Shown: positions 49,501-62,582, counted from the first letter of the stretch. The stretch: DNA of 64,000 nt from an uncultured virus (IMG/VR IMGVR_UViG_2061766007_000557) (IMGVR_UViG_2061766007_000557), one strand, 5' to 3'. Program-made: numbers and translations. The notes: generated by a model from the sequence alone, not told the origin.

Positions 49501-52500
49501 AACTAAATTTACAGATTTAAAAGCAGCATATAGTGTTATTAATTAGATGCGGCAAAGTAATGAAGAATCTAAAAATTTAAAATATTTATAGATTATTCAT
49601 GAAATGTTAGATGCAGTTAATTCCACTCCAAATCCAAAAGTTAGAAAGATGAGTGGATTAATACACGCATTGAATAAACATAATATGACTAAGCCATCTG
49701 TTGCAGCTCTTAAAAATATAATTGTAAACACTATATATGAGTGTTCTTCTGATATAAAGAATCTTGAATCTTCTCAACAACCCATGGCAGCAAAACCTTT
49801 TACTGATTTAATTAATGAAGTAGAAAGAGAAGCTAAAGGAAGAAAAAAAGTATCATATAATGATTATGATCCAACAACAAAATATAGAATCCAATACGAA
49901 AACTCTGTTGGTAAAAAGAACGTTGGTATTGCGGCTAATGGTATAAAAGCTGCAGCTGCTGCTCAACAATACTTTAATTTATATTATACTAATTGGGGAA
50001 AACGTTTTGTTGCTGGAGATATTATATTGTTAAAAAATAATAATGAAGTTGAATTTTTAGAATATTTGCCAAATAATTAGCTTTAGGTTAAAGTAAAAGA
50101 CAATGATAAACCTATAACAATTAATTCAGAAGATGTTGCGTCCTCATATGCAATTCATAATAATACATATCGTTTTTCTGTAAAAGATGAAAACGGTAAT
50201 ATTAAAGAATATGGATTTCCTATAAGTATTCATCAATCTTATAAAGAAACAGATGAAAATAATCAAGAAGTAATAAGATACCGTGATATTTATACATCTA
50301 ATGAAGTAACATTCGGAGATGTTGTATTAGATGAAAATGAGAATATTGCAAGAGAAAAGTTTAAAAGATTATATTTAGGTGCTGAAAAAGTAAATGGTAT
50401 CTTGAACTTTACTGAAGTAAAAGCATTAAAACATCTTATTGAAAATGGTAAATTCTTAGAAGCTGAAGTTTTAACAGAAGATGGGGAAATTATAAATTAT
50501 TATTGGCTTGACGATAATGACGGAAAAATGAAACTTAAAAGTCAATATCGCAAACTACAAGCAATTTGGGAATTATATAAAGAACGTACTGGAATTCAAA
50601 CATTGTTTGAAGGAACAGAAGAGCAACAAGAAGATGCTGTAATTGATTTTATGTTTTATAAACGTAAATTTAATGCTAATGTTGCAGACCAAATTTCTAT
50701 TTTGTTATCGTTAGCTACAGATAATGCAAAAGAGTTAGCTTTAGCTAGAATCAATGCTAACCCTCAATTAATGTCATTGCCAATTGCTATGTTAACAATA
50801 GGAATGGATCCTAAATCAGTAATTGATGTTTGNNNNNNNNNNTACAGATAATGCAAAAGAGCTAGCTTTAGCTAGAATCAACGCTAATCCTCAATTAATG
50901 TCATTGCCGATTGCTATGTTAACAATAGGAATGGATCCTAAATCAGTAATTGATGTTTGTATTAATGTTCTTGATCCTATTGCAAGGAAAATGGAAGGAA
51001 ATAGATTGCAAGATAATGTTTCTACGAATGTAAGGAAATTGATTCTTAATGAAGATTCTTATGACGAAGTAACAAGGCAATCATTACTAAGAATATTTGA
51101 TTTTGCGCAAGAGTTAAGAACAATTACATCTTTCTTTAAAGTCAACCAAGGTGTTACTGCACAATATATTGAATTGCTCGATTTCTATCAGAAACTTGCT
51201 AATAGTAAGAGATAGATGGAACAAAGAAAAGGTGTAAAAAATGCAACAGTTTCACTAGATTTAAATAAATTATTTGCTTATAGTAATAATCCTGAAGATA
51301 TAGAAGCAACTAAACAATATATATCAAATTTAGTAGCTGATATTAATAAATCTAAAACTGGAATTAATGTAATTGATATTGTTACTAAAAATCCTAATTT
51401 TAATTCAATGCTTTAGGCAGTTCAAATAGACATGAACACCTTGAAACAATTAGCAGGTGCTGCTAGATTTGTAAATCAACGATCATTAGAAGATTTAGAT
51501 TCTGAATCAGATTCAAGAAGATTTAGAAATTTAGTTAGTATTTATTAGGATTTTATTATAGGAGAAACATTAAAACAATTACAGGACTTTAAATTTAAAG
51601 TTGGAGATTTAAAAGTTGCATTAAATACTAACACCTTACCTGTTGATCTTGCAGATGAAGTAGTTTTTGGGTTAAATACAGATATTGGCGTAAATAGCTT
51701 TATGAAAATAATGAATGAGGTAGTTATTCCAAATTTGAAAGATCAATATCAGAATAACTTCTTTATGAATTCATTACAAGAAAGTGTAAGACGTCAAAAA
51801 ACAGTTTGGGATATCAAATATGATGTATTTAATCAAGAAGATGTTGCAGAACAAGAAAACATTCTTAACGCTTTAAATGCATTTAGCCAGATTGGTAGAT
51901 TTAGTTCAGGCCTTGTTACTACTAATGGAGGTCAAGTATCGATTGCTTCTGCTTTATATTTATATAATTTGATAGCATTTAAGAAACAAATGTCAGCACT
52001 TGATAAAATCGTTTCTACTTTTGCTAACAAAGAAGACAATAAAATTGCTTAGCTTCTAACTGATACTTATATTAAATTTGATGAATCTCGAGATCCAATA
52101 GAGACTGTTTATCCTACATTAAATCTAGTGCAAAATGCAGTAATGAATGGCACATTTGAATCAAGTGCACCAGGGCAAGCATCTATTGATTTGCGTGATT
52201 CTTACATATGGTCATTTGTATCACCTCAATATGCTAGAAAATTAGTAGATGTAATTGACAAAAGAATAAATGTTGAAGAAGATTTAGGTGATAAATTATT
52301 ATTAAGTGTTGATTTAGGAGATATTGGAATTTTATCACTTCCTCCAATTAAAAAACCTTTAGGTTATACTACATTAGATAATTTACAATTAAATCCAAAA
52401 GAATTACAAGTAATAGTAGATCAAATTAATTTTGCAATAAATACTTATACAGTTGATGGTAAAGATGTTATTAATAAAAAGAATTTTGATCAAAAATGGA

Positions 52501-54788
52501 TAAAATCATTTGAACCTGATTTAAAAACTATATTTAAATCAATAGATAATGTAAAACTATTACATGGCATAAATATTAATAAAACATCTTTTATATCAAA
52601 TTCTCATGGATATGTTGTAAAACATAATGGCAAGAAACCTACTATTGTTTTAGATGGAGAATTATTTGATGATCAAAGTCCTATAACTGAAGAAAATCAA
52701 TACGAAATCTTAGATTTGATGATTCAATCACAAGTAGATAATACTGTTTAGGAAAAATTAAAGTATTTACAAAACTTGTTAGATACTTTAAAAATTAAAG
52801 ATAAACAAAAAGTATATAAAAAATATTGTGATTGGTTATTAAATAATTATCCAGAACAAAATGTAATACTTGCTGCAGAAAGTGCTTTCAATGCTACTCA
52901 ATTATATAGAGATCGAAAAGATTTATATTATAGAATACCTGCTAAATTTGAAACTGATAAAAAGAATTTAGTATTAGAAATTGGTGATTTTGTAACATTA
53001 GATCAATTTGGTGATGAAAGATTTATGTATATTGGTTTTGTAGATGGAAGTCATATATTCTACGATCTAGAAGAAACTAAATTCCATAAAGCGCAAGATC
53101 TATCTGAATGTAATTTACAAGAACGTTTACGAGTTAATTTAGATTATTCTCCTAAAAAACCATTTGTAAATTATTCATCTGAATGGATTGATAGTAAAGG
53201 AATTCAAGTAAAAGAAGGTGATAAAGTAAAAATTGATCTTAAAGAATATATAGTATACGACCTATTATATGATCCACTTGATTCTGGAGAATATAATACA
53301 TTATATTTAGCTTTAAGTTCAAGAGGTGACTTTTCTATTTTACGTGAATCTGATATAGCAAAAGCTAAAGTATTACAAGCAACTTCTGCCGATCAATAGC
53401 AAGATAAATAGAATAAAATTGATATAGCTACTTCTTTCGGTCAATCTGCAGAATTATTAACAAGATTAAAAGCTGGTGATAATATTGAAATAAAAGGAGG
53501 AAGAAATGCTAAATTCTTAAGATATTTATCTAAAGACAACATTCAAGTAGAAACTGCAAACGGTAATGAAACAATTAAATTATCTAATGTACAAGCTATA
53601 TATACATATAGTGAAAAACTTATAGATAAAAAATTCTTACAAGAATCAAAACCTATATCTATTCCTTTAAAAAACCAATCTGATCGATACGGAACATTTC
53701 CTAAGATGCTTCAAGCTAGTTACGGATTAAAACCAGTATTAGTAAAGCAACAAGGATCTTCTGTATTATATTTTACAGATAATGCTGAAAATTATCAATA
53801 TAATTTTATCACATCTTATACAAAAATATCAAATATGTCAACTCCAGAGCTAGGAGATATATTTATTGAACATAACGGAGATGAAGGAGATGTGATATAT
53901 AAGATTACTTCAAAATCATCTGTAGATGGACAAATTACGTTCGAATTAACATATGTTCAATATAGTACTTCTGATGAATCAATAGATAAAATTAAATGTG
54001 GTAAGTTGTATTTAAATGATTCCGCTACTAAAGTATTAACTGAAAAATCACAGCTATTTAGAGAAAATTCAAAAGTAAATAAACCTACTTATCAAATAGG
54101 TAAACAATATCCAATAAAATTATCTGCTAATAGCAAAGGAGCAATCCTGATTGATTATTTAAAAGATCATTTTGGATTAAAAATAGTTACTACTAAAGGT
54201 CAAAAAGAACTCGCTAGTATTAAAAACGGAATGATAAGTATAAGAGCAAATGAAGATGGAACAAGAATGTCTGAAGGAGAAATTATAAAGCATTCTATAC
54301 ACGAATTTACTCACTTGGCTTTAGCTTCATTTAGAATGAAAGATCCAGATGGATATACTTCTATGATTACCAGATTTGGAAAAATAATTGAGCCGATATA
54401 TTCTTAGCCGAAAGAAAATGAATATTATATTAGAAATTTTGAAGAAATTGATAATGATAATATTCACTATCCGACAAGAATAGATAAGATTGAAGAGAAG
54501 ATTATTAGATATTTAACTAATACTCGTTCATTCGCATCTATTGATGAATAGAATTTTGGTAAAGAAGAGTTAAAGAATTATATTAATAAAGGATTTGGAA
54601 CATTGATAGGAGCAGGTGATTTGCAGCTAACAGATTATGATAAACTTAACTCTATTGAATGGTTAATAAATAGATATGGAGATGAATATTTCTTTGATGA
54701 TGTAGTTGAAAATTTGGATATGCTTGCATTGAAGAAAAATGAAAGATTTAAAAAATTATTAAGTAAAATAGAAGAATATTGTTTTTAA
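43532..54788 (+). CDS. Giant virion DNA-dependent RNA polymerase (~3700 aa) with C-terminal zincin-like motif; frame change at the 50833 gap is an assembly artefact
   Basis: ARIPSQ and GSDYDIDK (DxDxD at 49289-49303); HEFTH at 54300-54314; duplicated sequence flanks the gap. Confidence 0.85.
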
Positions 54789-54789
54789 T

Positions 54790-57700
54790 ATGGGATGTTT
54801 CTATGTATACGATAATTCACTTAGCTCGGGTAAAACCGGGCTAAGTGATAATGTCATTGATGGTGTTAAAAATGGAAAATTAATAGGATATAGTAAAGAT
54901 AATAATTTAGAATATTTTGCAGCAAAAAGTATTTATGAAATTCAAAGTGCTTTAGCTGGAGAAATTGATTATTCAGAAGATCCTGATCTTATATTCTATG
55001 ATGCCTCTGTATCTCCACAAGAGGAGATAAAAGCTAAAATTAAACACGCTGCTGATTTATTTAAAAAAGCTAAAGATTCAGGAGAAGATTTAGGAAAAGA
55101 GGTTACAACTCTCATTAAAGAAACGTTTCCTAGATCTATTTCGGTATCTAAAGATGATTTTTATGGAGATAATAAAACAGCTGAATGGATCCGTAATTTT
55201 TAGTTAGATTTAGGAACGAAAATTCACGAATGCATTGCTGCTTATGGAACAAAAAATTGGAATAAAACATTAAATCAGACAGTAGATTTTCTATTTGAAA
55301 AAAAATCTCAAATAAAGGATTTAAATCTTGAAACGGTTTACACAAAAAATAGAGTAAAAATGCTTCTTGAACTTGTAGATAAAGAAGCTGTATCATCAGA
55401 TTTAACATCATTAGTTGAAAAGTTACATGAAGAATTTGAAGGAAAAGATGTTTTATTTGAAGTTCCATTGTATTATGATTCGCCGACTGGAGAAAGAATA
55501 CAAGGTAGATTAGATGCTATTGTAATAGATTCTGATGGAAATATTACAATATATGATTTTAAAACATCTGCAACAATGAAACATAATGAAAACTCTGATC
55601 GAGATCATTATGCACAACTATTTTTATATAAGAATTTATTAGCTTCTTATGGAATTCCTCCAAAGAAAATAAAAATAATGAATACTCATATAAGATATGC
55701 AGAAGGATTTAGTAAAATACTAGAAATTCCAAATTCAGAAATATATAAAATTTTTAGTTTAAATTCTGCTAGTAATCCTGTAAGATATCAATCTGATGTT
55801 AATGCTGCTTTTCGTAAATATTTTCCAAGAACATCTAATATTTTAACTGCAGAAGAAGAAAGAAAATTAGTAGAAAAAATAAGTGGTTTAAAATCAACAA
55901 TTTTTTCAGAGAAAATATTAAACAAAGAATCCGAAGATCATTTTACAGAATATATAGAAAAATTACCAGAAGATAAACCAATATATTCATATTATCATAG
56001 AAGTACATTTACTATTAAACGAGATGGTGATAGAATTAAACTAATACCAGTTGATAGAAATATAACCCCAGACGATATAGATGAATTGCTTGCCGATTTT
56101 ATAGCAAATGAATTAGATGCTAGAAAAACTCATAAGATAGAAACATTAGAGTTATTTAAAGATGCTTTAGAAAGTGGTGATCCACAATAGATATCTAATT
56201 TAATGACTTCTAGATATGGAGGTAGAAACATTAATATTCTAACAAGTATTGGAGAGTATATACATCCAGATTGGGAAGTTGTAAATAGTCCTATTTTTGA
56301 TAACCTAGGAATTATAGTAATGTATAATTCATTAAGTGATACTTATGATTTTATTAATTTGATAGACGATGTTAATTTCGATGCAACATATCACTTAAGT
56401 TTAGATGAGCAAGTAACCATGAATGCATTAGGAAACGTATTAACAGAATAGGAATTAGCTCGATATAAAGATGGAAATATGCCGGCGACTGTTGGAAATA
56501 TAGCATCTTTACGAGCGTTAATTGCTATTTCATTAGCGTCTAAAACATTAAAAAAAGAAGGAAACAATTTAAAAATAGGACAAATTAAAATTGTAAGTAA
56601 AGTTACAGGTAATTCACATCTTGTTTTAAATTAGGATCCTTATATTAAGCAATTAAGAATTATAAAGGATGCAGAATCAAAAAAAGGAGGAGCTTCTAAC
56701 TTAGATCTAAATAGTCTTGATGAATTATTAAATAATATCAGTACTACTTAGTTTGGAACAATGAGCGATCAGGTATTAAATATGCTGCGAGGAGTAATGT
56801 TTATGGCATATACTTCTGATGATTCTAGATTTACAAGGCATTGGATCGATGAAGTAGATGATTCTACTAAAAAAGGATTAAGTATTGCTGAAAAAATTCA
56901 AGGATTACAAGATATTCAAGAAGAATTTAGAAAAGAATTTTTACCATATATACAAGATAAGACATCTAGACAATATAATACAGATTATGAAAAAATTGAT
57001 CAAATGCTTAGTGTATTGATTACATCATATCAAGGATTATTAACAGATCAAGTATTTGCAACGTCTGGAATGTCTGTAGATTATAATAATTCTTTAAGAT
57101 TATCTAGACAATTATTAAAGCATGGAAATATAAGTAATATATCATCAGAGGGATTTCTTATTACAGGTTTACTTCAAGGATTATCTTCAGCTACTCCTTA
57201 TGCAAATCCTGATGATATAGTACGGCAATTATCAACATTGCATAACTTTGCAACTACAAAAATTCAATTAGAAGCAGAAAAATATATAGAAAATCAAAAT
57301 CAAGCTACATCTAAATGGATTGCATCAAAAGAAAGTTTAGCAAAAACTTTATTAAATGGAAATCACAGAGATTTGTACGCATTACTATTTGAAAAAGATG
57401 AAAATGGAAATATTTCTAAAGAATTTAGATTTAAAAATCCATTTGACGAACAAAGTGATTTAACACTAGAAGATAGAGAATTTTTGAAAACGAGTATTTG
57501 GAATTTATATAGATTGCGTGCAGTTGCACAAGACTCTAAAATTAAATCATATACATATGATGAATTAGTAAAAGATAAAACTGAGCATGAGAAATTTAAA
57601 AAAGCATGTTTTGATTTAAATTCTGGTGTATTAAATATTCCTTTAAGAACAGCAAAAGATGGACGTTTAGTTGCAAATATAGCCAAATCTATAGCAAAAG

Positions 57701-59586
57701 GAGATTTCAAAAAAGTTTCACAATTCTGGAAGAAAAAATTAGAAAAGAGTCGTCATTGGTGGGATCCAATAGGATTAACTGATAAACAACTCAATGAAAA
57801 AGAAGAAAAAATAAAAGCGCTACAAGCATACAATATGTATGCTGCTACTAGTAAAACTGACAGAAAAACTAGACTAGCAGAAACTCCGTTAGATGGATTT
57901 GAATGGAATGTTAATTTCTTAGTAAACGATTTTATTTATAGTTACGTATCTGTAGAAGTAAATCAAGAAGTTTTAAATACAACAGATAGACTAATTGCTG
58001 TTTTACAATGGGTGCATTAGTTAACAGGAAAAGATGTTTCTGGACAAATTGAGGAAATTAAAAAACGTACAAGAATCTCTATATACAACATGAATACTGC
58101 GGATAGAGATTACAAAGACGTTGTTGATCTAGTAAGTCATTTGAGAACTGTTTATAATTTAGGTGTTATAGGATTTAGACCGATTTTGATGGCTAAAGAA
58201 TTAACACTAGGTAGAATTAAAAATATAATGCATACTGCTTTTGGATATTTTGATAATGATGAAATATCAATGAAAAATATGTTATTAGCAGAAAAAATAG
58301 TATTTAGTGAAGGTGTTGTTGGAGAACATTGGAGTAAAGCTACTGGTAAAATGAAACCTGGCGACCGTCTTAAGGTTGATGCTTTGAACTGGTTATATCG
58401 TATTGCAAATATGGATGCTAACATCTTAACGCAAAAAACATTAGCAGATCGTGTAGGATTTTTAAATATGGGTGGAGATATAGCGTATTATACTAATGTT
58501 AGACCAGATTGGTACAATCGACTTTCTATATTTGTTGCTAAAATGTTGCAAGATGGAACATGGGATGCTCATTATTTAGATGAAAACAATCATTTGGTAT
58601 ATGATATGAAACGAGATGAACGATATAATGTATTTTGTAAATATTTAAATAAGCCAGAACCTAAAAAAGGAAATACTGATTTTGAAGAATATCAAAAACA
58701 AAAAGCAAGATATAATTATGCTCTTGATTCGTTTAATAAAGTTGGTATAAAAAACAGAAATGGACAAGCTTTAAAATATGGAGATTTGTTACCAATTGCT
58801 TACACTGTAGAAGAAACTAATTCTATAAAGGAAATAACTGGTATGTTATATGGTTATTATAACCATGAAGAAAAGACAAGTTTCCAAACAGGGACATATT
58901 CGTAGTTATTTATGGCATTTAAAACATATCTTGCTGGAGAATTAAAATATTATTTTGCTTTACCTAATGGTAAAACTTCAGTTGGTAAAATCGCACAAAT
59001 TACAGACGGAATTCCAACAGAAGAACACCCAGAAGGATCTCCTTTATATATTCAACATGACGATGTAACTGACTTAGATATATATACCACTGAAAAATAT
59101 GATAAAAATGGAAATGCTAATGATCCATATTATGGATGGACTTCTAATCAAATAGAAGGTCTTATAACATCTACAATTATTTGTTTAGGAGATATATTTA
59201 CTGAAAGAGGAAGAGAAGATCTCAGAACTAATAAACGCAGAAGAAAAAATGCAGAAATGTTTTTATTAAGAATGTTAATTGCTTTATTATTAGGAAGTTT
59301 AGGAATATTAATAAAAGCAAAAAACGATAGTAAAGAACAAAAAGATGCATAGAAAGGATTAAATTTAACACTCAATGTGCTAAATAAAGTAGGAAACGAT
59401 CTTAGTTTTTATCATTCTGTTTTAGAACCAGTTGATGATTTAGGTTTAGTCGGAGTAGATTATCTAGAAAAACTAGCGAAAAATACAGTAACTGCAATGA
59501 CAAATGGTGATAAAAAAATGCAAAGATTAATCTATAAAAATATATCTGCGGCAAACGACTTTAAAGAATTCTTAGAAGAGCAATAA
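54790..59586 (+). CDS. Giant virion protein (~1598 aa) with PD-(D/E)xK nuclease domain and a C-terminal hydrophobic helix
   Basis: LGTKIHE...EVPL...GRLDAIVID...IYDFKTS...QLFLY; all fragments in one frame to TAA 59584-59586. Confidence 0.8.
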
Positions 59587-59587
59587 G

Positions 59588-59640
59588 AAAAAAAATAACC
59601 CCGGCCTGGATTTCTCCAAGTCGGGGTTAAATTTTTTATT
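59588..59640. terminator. Bidirectional terminator between convergent modules
   Basis: A tract, TAACCCCGGCCTGGA-tttc-TCCAAGTCGGGGTTA, T tract. Confidence 0.85.
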
Positions 59641-60163
59641 TAGTCTTTTTAGGACTTATATTTAATATCATTTGTTTTCCAGTTAAAACTGGAATATTTT
59701 CTGGTTTACCATATTCTTCTAAATCAGAGGCAAATCTAGCAAGAATTAATTCTCCTTGCTCTTTAAATGTTATAGATCTTCCTTTGAAAAAGACATAAGC
59801 TTTGACCTTATTGCCTTCCTTAAGGAACTCAACCGCATGTTTGAGCTTGAAATTGTAATCGTGATCGTCGGTTTGCGGGCCGAAACGGATCTCTTTTACC
59901 TCCTGCTTTTTCTGGTTTGCTTTGGCTTCCTTTTGCTTTTTCTTCTGCGCGTAGAGGAACTTCTGATAGTCGATGACTCGGCACACGGGCGGATTGGCAG
60001 TTGCAGCAATCTCGACGAGGTCAAGATTCTGTTCATCAGCAATACGCATTGCCTGTTGATACGAGTAGATGCCCTGCTCTACGTTGTCACCAATAAGGCG
60101 AACTTGTGCCACACCGCGGATCTTATCGTTGATCCGATGTTGATTCTCCTTTTCTTTGCTCAT
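59636..60163 (-). CDS. infC: Translation initiation factor IF-3
   Basis: HRINDKIR...VRLIG...[23 protein letters not shown]...[22 protein letters not shown]...FFKGR. Confidence 0.95.
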   Translation of the reverse strand: MSKEKENQHRINDKIRGVAQVRLIGDNVEQGIYSYQQAMRIADEQNLDLVEIAATANPPVCRVIDYQKFLYAQKKKQKEAKANQKKQEVKEIRFGPQTDDHDYNFKLKHAVEFLKEGNKVKAYVFFKGRSITFKEQGELILARFASDLEEYGKPENIPVLTGKQMILNISPKKTK

Positions 60164-60175
60164 TTAAAAACCTTC

Positions 60176-60535
60176 TCAACAAAATTCCANNNNNNNNNNC
60201 ACTTTATTACCTTCTTTGAGAAACTCAATCGCATGTTTGAGCTTAAAGTTATAATCGTGATCGTCGGTTTGCGGACCGAAACGGATCTCTTTTACCTCCT
60301 GCTTTTTCTGGTTTGCTTTGGCNNNNNNNNNNNNNNNNNNNNNNNNNNNNNNNNNNNNNNNNNNNNNNNNNNNNNNNNNNNNNNNNNNNNNNNNNNNNNN
60401 NNNNNNNNNNNNNNNNNNNNNNNNNNNNNNNNNNNNNNNNNNNNNNNNNNNNNNNNNNNNNNNNNNNNNNNNNNNNNNNNNNNNNNNNNNNNNNNNNNNN
60501 NNNNNNNNNNATTGATTCTCCTTTTCTTTGCTCAT
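60176..60535 (-). other. infC: Gapped second infC allele (assembly bubble)
   Basis: Repeats the infC 5' flank exactly; internal fragment differs mostly at synonymous sites; bounded by N runs. Confidence 0.6.
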
Positions 60536-60803
60536 TTAAAAACCTTCTCAACAAAATTCCATTTTGATTATATACTTCTGTCCAATTATATCCTTTTTTG
60601 ATACCTATATATTTTAAAGCTTTACTTAAAGCTCCTTCTAAATTATAATAGCCAGATATCGGATTTTGTAGAAATATCGATATCATATTAGGATCTATTT
60701 GTTTTTCATTGAATTCTTTATCGTATTCTAAAAGAATTGGAATTATATCAGATTGATAAATATTTCCAATTTCAATCCATCTTTTAAATATTTCATCAAA
60801 CAT
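60511..60803 (-). CDS. Hypothetical protein (~100 aa), 3' end overlaps the infC start
   Basis: MFDEIFKRW...[14 protein letters not shown]; the stop is visible only in the other copy (60123-60125). Confidence 0.6.
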
Positions 60804-61197
60804 TTTTATTTAATTTATAAATTAGTTCATCACGAATTTTATAATATTCTTTTATTTGTTTTTCCAATTCTTTTATTTTAGTTGTATATCGTTCAATATG
60901 TAATTCAGGATTTTTCAACAATTGAGTATATAAAGTATTCAATTGTGTATATTGTGTTTTAAGTCCTTTATTAGTATTTTCCAAATCATTTACTTTCTTT
61001 TTGAGTTCTTCAATTTCTTTTTCATATTTAGGACTTAATCCTTCTTCAAGTTCTGCTATATATTCTTCATCGGCAGCATGTTGTTGTTTAAGTTTACTAA
61101 TCAAAGCATCAGCTGCTTTTAATTGATGATTTTCTGTTAAATGTAGTTCCATAATATACACAATTAAATAAATTATACATATTGGCTTATTCATCAT
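60796..61197 (-). CDS. Coiled-coil hypothetical protein (true start may be 61152)
   Basis: Heptad-rich ORF packed between neighbouring genes. Confidence 0.65.
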   Translation of the reverse strand: MMNKPICIIYLIVYIMELHLTENHQLKAADALISKLKQQHAADEEYIAELEEGLSPKYEKEIEELKKKVNDLENTNKGLKTQYTQLNTLYTQLLKNPELHIERYTTKIKELEKQIKEYYKIRDELIYKLNKNV

Positions 61198-62374
61198 CAG
61201 GTCTTATATGTTCAAATACTGGCAAAGTAGGAACATTATCCTGTGAATAATAAAAGAATTTACAGGTAGCCATTTTTCCTATAAATTCATCTTTATGTTG
61301 TAAATAATAAATTCGAGTTGAAGTATCACATGCTGGTTTTGCAGCAAACTCTTTATTTTCTTTTGTTTTTAAAACAAAACACATATCTTCATCTCGAAGT
61401 CCTTCTCTTACACCAACAATTTCAAATTCTTCTGTTTGAAATTCTTTCATTTTTATTAAGTACACTCCAGATCTTTTTCCAATACCGTATTCTTTATCTG
61501 GATTTCTAGCGCATAATCCTTCAAAACCTTCGCTTACAAATTTATCATGCCACTTTTTAATAACAAGTTTACCTGATAATTTATAATGCTCACAGATTAT
61601 AATTTTAGAATCTTTTGAAAAATTATCTTTTAAAGACATTAAATATTCATATCTATCTTTAAAAGGCTCCGTACTTATATAATCATATATCCAATATTCC
61701 AATTCACCACATTCATCTTTCCATTCTTGCTGTCTAGCAAGCCCAGAAATGCGTTGTAATGGCCAATCTGATCCGTGATGATATAATTCTCCATCAAGAA
61801 TAAGATCAGGCTTCTGAGAGAAGATTTTTAAAAGTTCTGGATTTTTTCTTAAATGTTCTGTTGCAGAATCATATGTACCACCGCCTCTACTAGCAGTATG
61901 AATTTCTCCATTTTTATAATACATAAGACAACGCACACCGTCCAATTTTCTTGAACAAAACCATTCTCTTTCAAAAACATTAGCTCCTAAATCATCACAA
62001 CTTTTTGCAAGCATTGGTTTTGGAATTCCACTAGAGTCTGTATTATAAGAATTACCTAAAAATATTTTTAAATCTTCTTCAGAAAATTCAGAATATTTCT
62101 TTTGTGTAAAAGAAGATAGTTTCTTATATCCACTATCTAAATAGTTTTTAAGATAACTTAAAAATTGTAACGTTGCTTGTTCAGCTGTACTTCTTTTTGC
62201 TTTTCCTTCTGTAATTACAATTTCTGGTTGAATTGATTCTTTTCCGCCGAATTGATTAGTTATTCTTTTAATAGTATATTTATATAGAATTTCATCTTTC
62301 TCAAGATGAAGATAAACATGCTGAATTTTATTTTTATTGTTTAATTTAATTAAATGTTCTTCCCTAATTAACAT
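61187..62374 (-). CDS. ATP-dependent DNA ligase
   Basis: PMLAK, KLDGVR (motif I), LDGELY, EGFEGL, LIKMK, C-terminal PVFEHIRPD. Confidence 0.93.
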   Translation of the reverse strand: MLIREEHLIKLNNKNKIQHVYLHLEKDEILYKYTIKRITNQFGGKESIQPEIVITEGKAKRSTAEQATLQFLSYLKNYLDSGYKKLSSFTQKKYSEFSEEDLKIFLGNSYNTDSSGIPKPMLAKSCDDLGANVFEREWFCSRKLDGVRCLMYYKNGEIHTASRGGGTYDSATEHLRKNPELLKIFSQKPDLILDGELYHHGSDWPLQRISGLARQQEWKDECGELEYWIYDYISTEPFKDRYEYLMSLKDNFSKDSKIIICEHYKLSGKLVIKKWHDKFVSEGFEGLCARNPDKEYGIGKRSGVYLIKMKEFQTEEFEIVGVREGLRDEDMCFVLKTKENKEFAAKPACDTSTRIYYLQHKDEFIGKMATCKFFYYSQDNVPTLPVFEHIRPDDE

Positions 62375-62580
62375 GGTTCATAATATTCTATACCTATTGC
62401 ATAATCAGTATTATATTTATCTGGTTTATCAAACACATTTGAAAAATACGAATTTACTAATTGCAATACTAATGTTTCATCTGGATACATTGGATGGATA
62501 CTAGGTTCTAGTATTCCTTCCCAATGTTCTACCAAATATGTATTAGGATCTATAACACAAACTTTAGTTTTATATTTCAT
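62368..62580 (-). CDS. 70-aa hypothetical protein
   Basis: Fills the gap between dut and the ligase gene. Confidence 0.6.
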   Translation of the reverse strand: MKYKTKVCVIDPNTYLVEHWEGILEPSIHPMYPDETLVLQLVNSYFSNVFDKPDKYNTDYAIGIEYYEPC

Positions 62581-62582
62581 AA

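Noticed and set aside
50716..50960. Tandem duplication or programmed frameshift in the RNAP gene
   Set aside because: Near-identical copies with synonymous differences flank a 10-N gap; this is a scaffold overlap of strain alleles.
55360..56190. cas4 of a CRISPR system
   Set aside because: No Fe-S cysteine cluster, array or other cas genes; it is a domain of a giant protein.
13806..59375. Numerous short minus-strand ORFs within the structural module
   Set aside because: All are antisense to long recoded + strand genes and show no recognisable motifs.
1..59586. Mass pseudogenisation of structural genes
   Set aside because: Breaks are all TAG with the frame preserved and motifs intact; recoding explains them.
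60176..60535. True tandem infC duplication
   Set aside because: Identical flank and bounding gaps favour an allelic bubble; it cannot be excluded without reads.
59756..60601. 281-aa + strand ORF and other N-spanning ORFs
   Set aside because: Antisense to the GC-rich infC core and runs through gaps.
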